Below, in pieces: positions 25,830 to 39,300 of a DNA stretch of 64,000 nucleotides. Source of the DNA: Vermamoeba vermiformis. Taxonomy: Eukaryota. The notes under the pieces were generated by a model. The model had not been told where the DNA came from and searched no databases. It saw only the letters and a program-made list of their open reading frames with translations. The position numbers and the translations under genes are program-made. Within the stretch, counting starts at the first letter, position 1. Each line of letters begins with the position of its first letter. Location of the stretch: the NCBI GenBank assembly GCA_045837725.1, contig JBEWZL010000266.1, forward strand, positions 372,001 through 436,000, given 5' to 3'.

Positions 25830-26218
25830 TTAATATCTTGGATATATATTTTCAGCTATTACAAAATAAAAAATAAATTAGGAAAAAAGTAATTTTTTTC
25901 TGTGCCATTGTCTTTACCACTCAGCGAGTCTGTTAGCCTATATAGGGTTTAATGTGTTTGTAAACGATAAGCAGCTGCTACGTAGTAAATCGTTAACTAA
26001 AAAATGCGCAAAAACCAATACTGCGTTAAGTTTTTAGCCTACGTCAAATTTTTGACATGACATTGTGCTTGTAGGGGTTAATAGCACTAGTACACTTGAT
26101 GCTCCTACAACCACTAGGGAGATCAGTTAGGGGCATAAATAACCTGGAAACCTTTGTGCAATTACGACACGTCATTTATGAATTTGGTTTTATTTACAGT
26201 TTGATAAATAAAGCTGGC

Positions 26219-29200
26219 TTATTTTGTACCCTTTAAGCCCTCAATAATTTCCTTAGCAGACTCTTCATAATCTTCAAAAGACGATTCATGAACTTCTTTC
26301 AAGCTTTGAATGACGCCGATCTCGCCGGAAGCAATCTTTTTCAAGAACTCGCTTTGTTCGGGTCCAGTGGCTTCAACCATCGATGAAAATATACCATTAC
26401 GGTTCTCTAATAGCTCGACTGGCTTGCCATATTCAGCAAGTTCTCCACGGTTCAACACTAAGATCTTCGTCGAATCCATAACAGTGTTCAATCTAAACAA
26501 TAAATTAGACACTATAATTGTTATAATATTGCTTTGTGACATACCTATGAGCGATAGTCAATGACGTTCTGTCGCTGAAGTTCTTTCTGACCATCGATTG
26601 GATCAGCAGATCCGTGTCAAGATCCACAGAGGCAGTGGCTTCGTCCATGAAAAATATCTTCGTCTTTCGCAACAAGGCGCGACTCATACACATAAGCTGA
26701 CGTTGACCGACGCTAAAGTTCGATCCGTTCTCTTCGACAACGGCATCCAGACCACCTTCGAGTGACTCGATGTAATTCTTCAAGTTGACCATAGCCAAGG
26801 CCTCCCATAAGTCATTATCGTTGTGTTCACCGAAAGGATCCAAATTATATCTAACAGTGCCTAAGAACAGCACGGGTTCTTGCGGAATAATTGACAGCTT
26901 GGATCGAAGATCTTCCAGACCAATCGTAGAAATATCAATGCCGTCAATCTCAATTGATCCTTCAGCTAACTCTACGATTCTGAACAATGCTTGCAGCAGA
27001 CTGTAGAAGAAAAGTTAGTGATCAGGTTTGGCACATCCACATATGTCACGTGTCAAAAGTGTCACTTACGTTGACTTGCCAGCGCCAGTTCGACCGACAA
27101 TTCCAACCTTTTCTTCACCTTCTACCGTGACGTTTAGTTTTTTCAGCACTAGGTCGCCTTGTCTGTATCTCAAACTGGCGTCCTTGAACACGATTTGACC
27201 CTTGTCAGGCCAGTTCTTGGGAGGTCTGTTCTCCTTGATAATCGCAGGAGCTTCTTGTTCGAGGTCATCGTACTCTTTAATGCGTTCTACGGAGTTGATC
27301 TTAGCTTCAGTTTCGACGGCATTGATCGCCAACAAACTCAAAATTGGAGTCAAACCAGCTGTGTTGGCAAGAGCGAAAGCTATGGTAAATGTTAGTAAGA
27401 TACCGCTACGAACAATTTGATTCATTGTAACGTACCAGCATAGCCACCTTGAAGAGCTCCGACACCCGAGACACGCAAGCTGACAATCAGAACCATCAAA
27501 ATCAACACGAGAACAGTACCCATGCCGTCTAGTACGAGCCCGAACCAACTAAAAGAGTTAGAAATCGACTAACGACATATCGCTGAATTGTGACTTACGA
27601 TAGCAAGAAGCGTTGAGCGACACGTTGCTTCGAGTTGGCATCTACGTTGTAGTAATTGACGTTCTTGAAAACATCTTCCATCTTATAAGCTCGGACAGTA
27701 GCAGCGCCTCGCATAGTCTCGCCCAATTGCGAGAAAATGGGAGCACGTGACAGGGCCTCCATTCGTTGGGTCTCCACGTATGTCTTTCTGAAGTACATTT
27801 GGAAGAAGTAATAACCAACGACTACGGCGGCAATAGCAATGACGAAGTAGGGAGAGGCAAAAGCCATACTAGCAAGTACACCCAACAGCGTGAAAATACT
27901 GTTGATGTACTGGTAAAGTTGGATCGGCAAAATTTTATCGATCAGATCCAGCTCTTTCGCAAATCGGTTAACAATTCTGAGAAATTTAATCAGTAATCCG
28001 TTGTTATAACATAATAGTAGGTGTGTTCTATTCTTACCTTCCCATAGGAGTGATGTCAAAGAAGGCGGTAGGAGCGCGAATGATTCGGCTTAACATGCCG
28101 TAATGAAGTCTCTTTGAAGCTCGAAGTGACAAACTGACATCGACCATCGATGCAACAGCGAATCCAATGACATCAGCACCAATCAAACCACCATAAACAC
28201 CGACATCTGAAACGGTGGTCAGTCACTTGCCAAATTAGGAAATTTTTGATTTTCACTTACAAACTGCGATGGTTAAGACGTAGCCAGTTGTAGCTCCATT
28301 TGACAGCCACACAGAGAGCCACCAACCACTCACAACACGAGCTCCGACAGAGATGGCCAAGAATAAAATCAACGTGAAAAACACGACCAGTCCTCCCTTC
28401 TTGAAGTAGTACCAGTAGACTCCGAATCCAATTAAACCTTCGGCCTTGCCTTCGTCGTTAACCAGCGTGCCAGATTTCTTTTCAACTTCCTTTTGAGGCT
28501 CGTCAGTCTTGGCAGGGGCGGGTTTTTCAGCGGGTTTGGGTTTCGGCTCTTCCTCTTCAGATTCTTCTTCAGGCTTGCCAGTGACACCAAACTTGATCAT
28601 TTGTTCTTTGAACTGCGTGTTTGATTGCATCAATTCTTCGAAATTTCCAGCCGCAACAGTGTCACCTTCGCTCAAGAAGATAATGTGGTCGGCATAAGGC
28701 AAGTATTGCAATTGATTGGCGGTGAGAAGCACGAGCTTGTCGGCTAAGTAGCCCTTGATAGCCTTGTGGAACAAGTGCTTGCCCACGTGACTGTCAACAG
28801 CGCTCAACGGATCATCGAGCAACACGATGTCAGCATCGGAGTACAACGCACGAGCGATAGAAATACGCTACAATAACGTTAGTACTGTTAATTATACTTG
28901 ATTTTCAACGTACTTGTTTCTGACCGCCAGACAAATTGACACCTCGTTCACCGATTTCGGTCTTATCGCCAGCAGTGAACTGGCCCAAGTCAGCCATCAA
29001 AGCACTGGCTTCAATGACTTTACGGTACTTCTCGGCATCGTAAGGTTTGCCAAAGATAATATTCTCGCGCACTGTTGCGTTGAAGATGAAAGCTTCTTGT
29101 GCAACATAGGCCATCGATCCATTGACGCCAACAGAACCGGAAGTAATTGCCAATTCTCCCAAAATAGCTGACACTACTGATGATTTGCCGCTACCGACAG

Positions 29201-31193
29201 GACCAACAATCATAACGAAATCTCCCTTCTTGGCCTGGTGTGCGAAAATTCGTTGAGTTCAAAAAAATGACACGTGTCACTCAGATCTCGTACCTTAAGT
29301 GTCAAATTTTTCAATGTAGGAGTGGCAGAAGTACCCCACTTGAAAGTTGCGTCGTTGATTTCAATGCCAGGCTGAGCAGACTCGAGTTTAGGCACGGGAA
29401 TGATGTCAGGATTGATCACGAATTCTTGGATACGGCGGAAGGTCGAGAAGTACATCTCGCCTAATACGACTGTAATAGGCAAGCCAACGAATCCTTGACG
29501 CACCAAGTTGAAAATAGCGACGATAGTGAAGGCCACGGAGAACGAAAAACCATTGCCGTACAAACCGTACAAGATCTGAGTTTCAAGTATTAGATTTCGG
29601 TTTAAATGGCATTTTCATGCTTTATACTTACCAAAGTCAAGCCTTGAGCCAGAGAACCGATATTTTGCATCAGTAAAATGGCGGCACTTCTTTCGACGGT
29701 CAGATCGTAGATATCTTTCAACTCTTGGTCGCGTTGATTCTCAACGTTGTTCTTGAAAGCATTCTCCCAAGCATAATACTTGACGATGCGAATACCTGTC
29801 GAGGACAAGGAAGTCAATACAGGCGAGATTCGGATATTCAGAAATTCCGTAGTGCGAAAGATCCGAAGATTTCTGGAACATACCTTGCAACAATTCGTTA
29901 GTTAGCTTCAATCGCTTATCTCCTTTGATAGAAGCAAGGTAATGCAAAAGACCAGCTCTGCGACCTAACTTGAGTGCGATCGGGAAGCAGATGGCCAAAA
30001 CACCAACAGTAATCACGAGGAAGTACGAAACTTGAATGCCAAGCAGTACAATCGAGACTATGAATATAGTAAAAATTAGTTTTCATTACTTTGACACCAC
30101 TAAAGCTTGCGTAAAGATAAAAAATTGTCGCAAAGCTAGTACCGGATCTTCCGAATCGTTACACAGTGAAGTGGTTTCAACACAAATTATAAATATGGTA
30201 TATTTGATACTATGATTACTATTTAGCAATATTGATTACTTACTGACTACTTGGAAGGGTCCTGACAAACCCATCACAAAGTAAGGGAACGAATCTGCCA
30301 ATAGAAACGCTTCACCACTGATTAAATTGACGACCTGACCCGAGTTGAGTTCTTTTTTAGGTGCCATCGTCAGTGACTTCCGATACACAAGTACAGCAAG
30401 GAGAGATCTGACCTATTGAGCGGTGCGCCAAAATTTAGTCCACATTAATTAAAACGTAATCACAATGCAGCTGGCAACTTACATCAACCCCAAGCACACC
30501 TCCCTTAAATACACCCAAATAATAGCAGAAGGAGCCAACGAGCTGCGAAATAATGATGCAGAAAACGTAGATGTAGCCTTGATAGGCAGGAAAAGTGGTA
30601 TCGACGACGAATTCGATCAGAAATGGTAAAATGACTGGGTTGATAAATGTACAAATACCTATAAGAAAGTTTACGACGTTAGTTAGATATTTTTTGTTCG
30701 ATCTAGATTCATTGCAACAATGAAAACTTACTGTAAGCAATAATCATGCCAAGAGCTTCAAGAAAATCTTTTTTAAATCGCTTAAATATGGCTTTTCTGA
30801 GCGAGGGTCTGAAAGTTAAGTGTGAGCAGGAGCACATCTGGACGATCTCGACAGGTCGACTTACTTTGGTTTTTTCTGCTCTTCTTCCCAAATAGGTTCG
30901 AATGTCTCCCATAAATCTCGAGCTGTGCTCTCTTTGTCTAAGCGCCAGATGTCCTCTTCGGTAATGTGTCCAGCTGATCCCTTTTTTATTAATCCAGATG
31001 CTTGGCCGTAAAAGCTTCGGTTGTTGAAGTCACGTCTAAGTTCAGGACCAGTGATAAAAGACTCTTGTGTCTTGAGATCCTAGCAAGCGGATGTCAGCGA
31101 TCTATCCTAGACACGACGACTCGAGCCACGATAACTTACCTTATTTTTTTCCAATATTCCTGGGGCATGATCTGGATCAATTAAATGAGCCAT
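26219..31193 (-). CDS. ABC transporter subfamily C (MRP-like, TMD-NBD-TMD-NBD; multi-exon)
   Basis: NBD1: [40 protein letters not shown]2: [50 protein letters not shown]. Also VKYYAWE and [14 protein letters not shown]. Confidence 0.95.
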
Positions 31194-31652
31194 GGTGTTG
31201 CTAACGCTCCAGAATAATTATTAACTGAGAGGTTAACCTCACGCGAAGTTTAAAACTTGTCTGGCGCGAAATTCCGGAGTATTCACACTTTAATTGCACC
31301 GCAGGCAACGTTAAAGCTCCGTTTCTCCTCTCTTGATAGATTATTTCCTAATATGGAAGTAGTTGAGAAGGTTTTTGTTCTTCTTCGATCCTTCCAGGAT
31401 GCTTCGATCAGCCAACCAAACACCACAACTTGCCACCAAACACCAACCAACCTATACGACAGGGTGTCAATGTATATTCTACAGTATTCTATTCAATTTT
31501 ACAGCAAAAGTAATAATATTTAAGGGAAAAATCGCCGCCAAGCGCGGAGCCGGGAACCGATAGTGCTCCGTCGCACACGGATCACCTAAGATACTCCGTA
31601 CTACTGTGCATACCTTAAATGGTACCTTTAACTATCAAGTGAAAGTTATTTA

Positions 31653-32785
31653 TTACAACAAAAGTTGGAGCATACCGGAAAACACAACGAAATATCCGAA
31701 TCCAACGGAACTCGCAGAGCTATTGATTTGAACTGAAGGAGAGGACGTAGTTGAAGGATTATTAGAGCTCGAAGAAGGAGTTACTCCATCGAAAGGAGCC
31801 GATCCGTCAGTAGGCGGAGCAGGCATTTCTGCGATTGCGTTAGTCTTCTGATCTTACAATATTCTGGATCTGGCTTACCCCGACCACCAACGATACTGTT
31901 AATGGCAAGTACTGCGACACAGCTTTGCGTAAATTGCAAGTTCCAGCCATTACCCCAGACCACGCGATAGTACCCATCTTCGAGGGTATCTGGGATCGTG
32001 ACAGTGAAGCTCACATCTTGCGTTGTACCAGCTGCCAATGAAGCCCATTGAGCTGTACGTAGGATCTTGGCTTGAGAGCTATTCGTATTCATCCAGCTTT
32101 GCACTTGCATCACCAAGTTGATAGTAGTCAACGCAGTGTTCACGTCAAAACTGAATGTGAAGGTTACATTGTCGCGTTGTTAGGTGTCACGGTCGGAGGG
32201 GCTCCGAAGGTGACTGAGGGCAAGGTAGGCAAAGTAGGCCTTGTGAATGGCAGACCCTCGCCGGGACCAGGCAAACTGACACCTCCTTCTGCCACGTACT
32301 TGTACGCACGAATGTAATCAACGTCCATATAAGCAGGGAACGGCGTTGTGGCATTTGGTGGACCGGGCCAGCCTCCGATAGCCAAATTGGCCAAAATAAA
32401 CATCGGGTACTTCGGCACGCACACAGTGACGTTGAATCGAGGTTATGTTTTTTCAATACCAATGCAACGCGCTCGGATTTCGAAGTAACCAAACGTCTGC
32501 TCGAATCTTCCGTTGGTAGTAATTACACCAGGCTGATAGTCGAATCCATTAACAGATTTTCCCTCGCCAACGATTCGCGAGGTAATCAGATCCAAAAGTA
32601 AATCCACCAGGCGAGTAGAACTGAAGTTCGGTGTTGAGAGTGCCAGGCGCGAATGAATAAGCAGCCAACCATGCAGAATTAACCATAGTTTGACCATTAA
32701 ATTCGTCTGCGAATGTTAGTTGCCATCCAGCACGAGCAAAAAAGACGCATCCTAGAGAAGCAATTAAAAATAGAAAAATACGCAT
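31653..32785 (-). pseudogene. GH16 beta-1,3-glucanase/laminarinase-like gene (signal peptide, Ig-like domain, GPI tail), disrupted
   Basis: WQLTFADEFNG, NTELQFY, FEQTFGYFEIRA and PMFILANLAIGGWPGPP..FPAYMDVDYIRAY are GH16 hallmarks. There is a frameshift near 32578, an in-frame TAA at 32443 and a frameshift near 32170. The WPAFW/EIDxxE catalytic segment is absent. Confidence 0.8.
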
Positions 32786-33188
32786 TGTGGTAACAAAATT
32801 CAAGGAGCTAAATTAATCGTTCGCAAGGCAAGGAAATGTGTTTAAATAAATAAGATTTTGTTATAAAATTGGTATTTGGGCTCGCAGTAACGGACTCACA
32901 CACAGGTTCACTAATATTAATATTACGGTAAAAATCACTACTCGTCACTTCCAAATTAATTTACTAAGATTCGTAGTATTTGAAAAGATTTCGATCTTAC
33001 CTCAAAAAAAAGTCGATTGCCGTATTTCCCCAGGTCATGCCAGCGGATTGCCATAATACGCACTTTGTATTGCTTACACGTACGAAAAATTGCAATTGTG
33101 CTCAGTTGTGGTGTCAAATAAATTACATTTTAGGTAAAGCCTCATTATTTTTCTCATGTTTCGACAACTAACACATTGTCATGTTGCT

Positions 33189-36100
33189 ATGCGTAGCACA
33201 AGCACTTTGTTTCGATGCGCGACAAACTTAAATTGCAGATTTGTGTCGCGGGAGAAGAAAAAGCCGGCAGATTCGGGTTTGGGTGAGTTCCTTCCGCAAC
33301 TCCAGACAAAGCCTTTGCAAATTATTAACAATTTCTTTAAAAGGTAATCGTACTATTACCTTCAAAATTGCAAGGAAGTCAATCCCAAAATCCGATCCAA
33401 ACCACTTAACGCAGCTCACAGCTGATGTACAGCGCACAAAAAAAATCCTTTCGATGTCATCGTCAACGTCAAAACAGCAGAGACTTTTTTCAGAGCGCGT
33501 TTTGATACCCAAACCGCTGAGTGATGATTTGCAAAAACCGAGGTGGAATCCGTTTTACTTTCGCGATTTTGGGATTGCTCAGCAAGAAGAAGGGAGAATA
33601 TTACCTTCTAATGGACTATCCATGCCAAATACAACCACAAAGACGGAAGAAAGCAAGATGCAAAAAGTTTTGAAGGATTTGGACCAAACTCTTCGAACTA
33701 GCGTTGTAATGCCCGAGCAAGAACGATATTTGACTATCCTTATTCAAGGTTAAAGTTTAATTGCTAATTTTGTACCTTAAATTCACACGTTTGCAGCGAG
33801 CGGTTATGGCAAAACACATCTGGCTCACCAATACTGTTTACAACACCGCACCTTATTAATGCAGTTTATGCCTTCGACCAGCTTAGAATTAATCAACATA
33901 TTGGAGGCGTTTATAATCGCACAACGAGACAAGCTCAACATTTCACCATCCGCAGTTGCAGATCGTGAAACAGAACTCGCATTCACCAAGCTAGCATTTC
34001 AGGCTACGTCGCTCATTCCTTTGACTTTCATTGAATTTGCCGAGGAATTTTTTGCTGTTGGTAAATATTTCTAGCCAAGTTTTGTTCACTGAACGAACTA
34101 ACATAGAAACTTTGTCAGCAAAGTTTGTGTCTAAAGCACAGGTGAATGAAGTTTTGCTTCGTGCAATACAGAATGGACAACAGCTAATCAGAGAAAAGTT
34201 TGCAAAGAATTTGAAGATGTATGCAACAAATAGCATGAAATTCATGGGTTTTAAGCAACGAATGTATGCAGCTGCCAAGTCAATGAAACTCGAAGCAATG
34301 ATCTATGATGAAGTGTTGCAATTTGAGAGGTTACCTGGCATGTTCTTGCATCATCCATTTGCAGAATCAGTATGAGCACAAATGAGAGAGCATTACTGAT
34401 CTATTTCACAGACATCATACTTGCACCTGCAAGAAGAAAGAAAGTCTCCTGATACCTCACATCAGTTTTCAGGACCATATCACCAAGTAACTTCATTGCT
34501 GTACTTGCTGCTCATTGCAATGGAAGACCTTGTGAAAGAAGCTGGTATACCAGTAAGTCAGTGAATAGTATGTGAAGCAACATTGATCATTTTCAAAGCA
34601 ACTCCTTCTTTCCACACATTATTCTGCCCAACAGTTTGAACTTCCTCAAGTTGGCACTGGCGCAAGGGATAGATTAAAAGTGCAGAAGTTTTATTGGACT
34701 GAGAGTTCTGCTGAGAGATGGAACAGATTTAACACTGAACTTTTGGCAACTTTTGATTTTTCAAACCAAGAGGAAATCAAAGAAAAGTTGCTCTCAACTT
34801 TAAAACCATTTGCTGTGCGACCAGTTTATTTATGGCCTTTTTGGACTATAGTAAGTATTGACATTGTCTTAATATGTTATTGTGCTAACATGGCTTCAGT
34901 TGTCAGAACACTTGACAAACAAAACAAAAACCTTTGAAGAAATCGTAACTAAAGCTTTGGAAGTTCATAAGTCAAATGTTACACAAACAATTTACCAATA
35001 TGCAGACAAACTGTTGCATTTTGAAAAGCAAGAGGTATGTACGCCTAACTTCTGTATTTGAGTTTGACTAAGGAATTCCTTTAAAGTGGAGAGACAAATT
35101 TCTCCTTCAAATTGCACTGGGTAGACGTTGCATCAAAGGCACTCAAGCTGACTTATCTCACTTGCTGCAAACTGGTCTGATTCCTCTCCCAGAAGGATTT
35201 GAAACATTCATGGAAGGAATCAATGATACTGCAAAGATCCTTATTCCACTTGGTGATCCATTCACTCTTCATTACTTGGAAGGCAAAGCACAGCAACAGT
35301 TTGATCAGGTAAATATTCTCACACACAATAATTACAAAGTATCTGAAACTTTTGCTAGTTGTTGGCAAAAATTGCCCACCCAATGAATTTTGGATATGAT
35401 GCTGGTCTATTTGGTGAAGTCTTTGCATTTGCACTTCTGAGACGTTCCCAAGGCAATGCTTTGAGTGCACTAGCCATGCCAGGCCTAGGACTTGAAAACA
35501 ATGTAGTTTTACAGCAATTCACAATTGGTGATGATTTAAGGCTGCGTGATTTTGTGGACTTAAATCTGACCAGTGATGGTGACTTTCTGAATAGCTTAGC
35601 AACAGGGTATGAGACAAATTCATTGTTTCAAAGTGACTCTAATTGATATTTCTTAGCTCTCAAAACAATGTTCTCAAGCCTTGCAATTCATTTCGTCCTG
35701 ATTTGGTTGTTTTACCTGATGTGAATAGACCTGAAGACTCCAGTCGAGAGCACATGTTCACACTTGGATTGAAACCATCAAACAACATTCAGGCTGTGTT
35801 GTGCATTCAAAGCAAGTTTCATGCTGCTCCAATCACACCTTCAATGGCTCAAACAGCCATAGATTCACTCGATCCAAAAAATGTCTACTCTGGTCGTGCA
35901 GCAAACTTAAGAGAAGCTTGGGAAGAAATGAAACAAACTCTTACCACACCTCATTATTGGATCAGGGTAATGTTATTGCATTTGCAGCTTAAGGTGACTA
36001 ACTTTGATAACTGTAGGTAATTTCTGGACAAGATGTGTCTCAATCTGTGATTGATGCCATTGCTGAGCACAACAAAAATAATCCTTACCAGCCAATTTTG

Positions 36101-36292
36101 ATATTTACTCCTAAGCTGTGGCCAGTGGATGCTGATTGGCTCAAGTTTTCTAGTGTGCAGGCTCCAAATCAATCAACAGCTACAGGACAGCTTGATGCTA
36201 ATTCATTGCAATTGACTCACTTTTTTGATAGTACAATTTTGAACGAAAGTGACTTGAACAAAATACATGGTGCTAGCCAAAGTTCAAAATAA
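33189..36292 (+). CDS. Crinkler-like P-loop NTPase fused to a C-terminal PD-(D/E)xK restriction-endonuclease-like domain (start uncertain: 33189 or 33454)
   Basis: Spliced Walker A LIQASGYGKT; Walker B AMIYDE; FAVRP (possible Arg-finger equivalent); GLFGEVFAFAL; nuclease-like RPDLVV...LCIQSKF. About 10 GT-AG introns. Confidence 0.6.
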
Positions 36293-36330
36293 ACTTTTTT
36301 GGGTTTAATTTATATTCTGCAGTGCATAAA

Positions 36331-39300
36331 TTACATGTTGAGCGTATCATCAAATACAGTGAAGAACTGAGATTGATGTGGGTTGAATAGCGTGATGCGT
36401 TGTGGACTCCAATCGAATTCTTTTGAATGGTAGATCAAGTTCCAAATGTACGGCGAGAAAAATTCAGTTGGATTTTCTTCTTCGTATTTAAATTGCATCT
36501 CAGCGAAGGGCTAATTAAGAATTAGTTTTGTACGTTATTTAAATGAAATTTCATGTTCGTGAAAATTAACTTACGTGAAGTACATCCGATTTCCAAATAA
36601 GGGAAGCGTGTTTAATTGTATCAAGCACTTGTTGTACGGTCCAAGCAGGTGCTTCAACTGTCGCTAATTCAGTCTGCGGCAGTGTTTGTGAAGATTCAAT
36701 GATCGATTGAGTTTTGCCTAATGTCGTCACAAAGTAGCTAATAATCTAGAAATACAATGTTAATAAATAAATTGTAACTAAATATGGTCAAACAATGTTT
36801 TGTACTTACGGCTTGAATGTTCATTAACATGTTTCGGAACTTTTGATTGGCCAAGTATTGATTATAAATCGAATCGAATAGCTGTTGTTGATGCACAATT
36901 TGATAAATTAAATGGCCGTTGTGTTGCAATTTGTGTTTGAGCGTTGAGTTAAATACTTGCAAAGTTAACGCGATGACGTCCTCACTTTGTTGAACCTGGG
37001 ACTACAGATCATAATAAGATATCAGGACTTATGACTATAATTATAATAATAGCCGACACCTACTTCAATATTAAGCAACATTTCGTCCTCTTCTAAAGTT
37101 ACGTCGTCAGATCCGTCTTTCTTTTCTTGAGGGTTCGCACTTTGATTTTCCGCAGCTCGTTTTGTCATTAATTCATTTCTATAATTACTGTACTGCATTA
37201 ATAATCGACCGTGTTTCTTGGTCAATAGCTGCAATGTGCTGATCAGCTTGAACGCCGCGAACGGATGCAGATCTTCAAAGTGCGGAGCCATGTTAGCAAC
37301 GCATGCAATACAATTTGATAGCAAATAATTATCCTATTGAAACAGCGAGATTAGTTATCGCTACTGGTATTATATCGGATCTAGATCTCGTTTTTTCAGG
37401 ACTTACTCTGAGTTGCCTAACACTAATTTGAGCTGTCCGTAATAGTACAAGAGTAATTATTCCGCCTAATGAAATATTCGACAAGAATTTTTCTTTGTAC
37501 CAAGGCACTGTTTTCAACGACTAAAAAAATTAGTTACGCGACCGGATCTTTCGACCAAGCTTTGCTCAGGTAAAAGTATAAACTTACTAAGGTTTGAGCG
37601 GCAGCACAGAAGGACTCGTCATTAGTGAGAATCAATAGTGTAATAAGGATAATATACACGCGTTGTGGTTTTTGTTCGACGACGTTGTACAGCACTTTCA
37701 GCATGGGTAGAATCTGATACAACGAATTAGTCATAACTCCGAGTACTATAGTAGCATAATAGGCCCTACCATAGTCTCAATATCAGTGCGTGAGAGCACG
37801 TAGGATGAAAACAAATTGTTGCCGTGAAGCAAAAAGTACAGCAGTAGCACGGTTCGTTCGTCATCGATTTTGTTCAAAATTGCGGTGTATAACCGCGAGA
37901 TTGATAATTTGAATGTTGTATTGGCTAGTGTTGAATCTGCTTCGAGATCTTTGTTCAATCCAACTATGAGTCGGTCGTTAGTAAAAAAGTTTTTTTTTCG
38001 ACGATCGGCCAACTTTTGCTTCATTCAAAATTGAATGACGGACGATAAAAATATTTCCAAATTAGGCAATGTTACTTACACTCATCGTCAACGAAAGTAT
38101 TCAACGCAAATTTGAACGGGTTGTGAAAGGTGTCAAAAGTCGTGTTTGTGTTGACATTTGCAGGCGTGTAATTGATCAAGATTAAGATCAGATCGAGTGC
38201 TAGATCAGCATAGGGCGTGGCAGCGGTTAATAAGTGCGCCAAGTCCTCGGGAATGGTTCTTTTGACTAACAAACTGTACGCATTCCACGGCAACTTCCAG
38301 AACGCAGCTGTGAAAAAAAATTGTTCAGTAAAACTACTCTAATACTCTTTCAGTATTAATATACTAGTATTTAGTATTGTACTTACATGCTGCGTAGCTC
38401 AACGACGTCAAAATTATTGATGACGCAGTCGCGTGACTGACGCCTTGTTGTTGCAACACAAAATGAAGCAGTAACGTTTCAATCTAATAAAGTAGATCGA
38501 TATTAATATAGTGAATGTAATGCGAAAAAAAATTGATAAAATTAGACTGTATGAGGTCAGAAAAGTAGTCGTGTGAGCACGTACCAAGTCAGCAGTGCGC
38601 AAGAATTGGCCTTGAGGCACATTAAACAAGAGGTTCAAAAACATGTTCTCGTGCTGACCGTTGCTATTTTGAAACATTTGCGTGGACAATAAGGTCAATA
38701 GCAACTTCATGACTTCTTCGTGAAGTGACGCGGTCATGTAGCTGAAATCTTTGTTGATCAGAAAGTTCACTATGGATTCTAATAACTCCCACGGCAAATT
38801 GATCTCTATAATAGGCATATTTAGTATTTTTAGAATGGCTACCATGACGAGTATGTGTTACTCGATGAAAATTTATAAAAATTATGCGGATCCGCTAGTG
38901 CAAATACTATTTCAAATATATCGCCGTAATAGCATTAGCATGATTATATAGGTTTATAATAATATCTAAATTACCTGTTGGCACATCAGCTGCTTCAATT
39001 TCCTGCACGGAGTTTTCAGGCTGAGCAATGTTCGTGTTATTTTCGTTGCTATTTGCAGAATTTTCGTTTGATTGCGTGGGATTATTATTAATATTAACAT
39101 ATTGCCGTAATATAAGGTGATTTTGTTGCTTGAAATTATTCGGCACGTCGAACAATAATTTCATCGGATCTGCACTCGTTGTTTCGATAAAGCTTTGCGT
39201 AAATATGCGTAAATTAAATACGGCTCTAATAGCTAATGTAATTTGCTCTTGATTGGTCACTGAAACATCGCCTAATAAGCCAATCACTTGCAAGATTAAC

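Noticed and set aside
32443-32445. Stop-codon readthrough or alternative genetic code at the in-frame TAA in GH16
   Set aside because: It is accompanied by frameshifts and loss of the catalytic segment. All other genes end normally at TAA, TAG or TGA.
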